Assembly: GCF_009914755.1 (NCBI RefSeq)
Contig: NC_060936.1
DNA from: the human T2T-CHM13v2.0 reference genome, Homo sapiens
Direction: 5' to 3' (one strand)
Length of the DNA: 64,000 bases
Under the pieces are notes generated by a model, which was given only the letters and a program-made list of their open reading frames with translations, was not told the DNA's origin and searched no databases. The translations under genes were made by a program, and so were the position numbers. Below, one piece after another: positions 63,701-64,000 of this stretch. Every line of letters starts with the position of its first letter. Position 1 is the stretch's first letter.

Positions 63701-64000
63701 CTATGAAATGTAGAACTGCATTAGCCTTGGCTAATTCCACGTCATATATTCTTGCCACTACACCACAGCTACCCACCATTTTGGGGATGGGAAACTGATA
63801 GCTGGGGTATAGCAGTTTCTTCTTTACTTCAATCTCAGGGACAGACCTTGTAAGAATGATGTCTTCTGCACAGCTGACCATTTTTTTCCAACTTGAGGAT
63901 TTCAGTGCTAAGGGGCCTGACCATATCCACATCTGGACTGGGCTCCCCCAGAGTGGCTTCTGGGTCTAGGAAGAGGATACAATTGACTGAGGTGGTGGTA

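Overview
Human (or near-identical great-ape) genomic DNA, recognisable as the 12q13.13 ATP5MC2-CALCOCO1 interval beside the HOXC cluster. Two complete intron-containing genes lie in tandem on the minus strand. ATP5MC2/ATP5G2 (mitochondrial ATP synthase subunit c2) has a CDS at 8742->1397 in 4 coding exons, 141 aa, with an in-frame upstream ATG at 12324 giving 198/157-aa forms. CALCOCO1 has a CDS at 60995->47696 in 14 coding exons, 691 aa; I rebuilt every GT-AG junction and the exon lengths sum exactly. Both genes have CpG-island promoters. The ~31 kb between them is Alu/L2/MIR/MER-rich but contains Alu-free blocks with clustered PBX/MEIS/HOX-type motifs (13.4-13.7, 30.9-31.3, 32.9-33.1, 45.6-46.0 kb) and an orphan CpG island, most plausibly long-range developmental regulatory elements. 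Other signals worth checking: a non-Alu inverted repeat with a perfect 44-bp core (29.7/30.2 kb), an acceptor-donor junction in CALCOCO1 intron 14 that would remove the C-terminal zinc finger, a rare GAG acceptor, a THE1 LTR with a DUX4 consensus site, an Alu-tail (GAA)18 compound repeat and multi-level nested retroelements. I see no new protein-coding gene, RNA gene or CRISPR-like system. Most listed ORFs are Alu, microsatellite or antisense artefacts. Repeat family names and ultraconserved-element identities are from memory and need RepeatMasker/BLAT confirmation.
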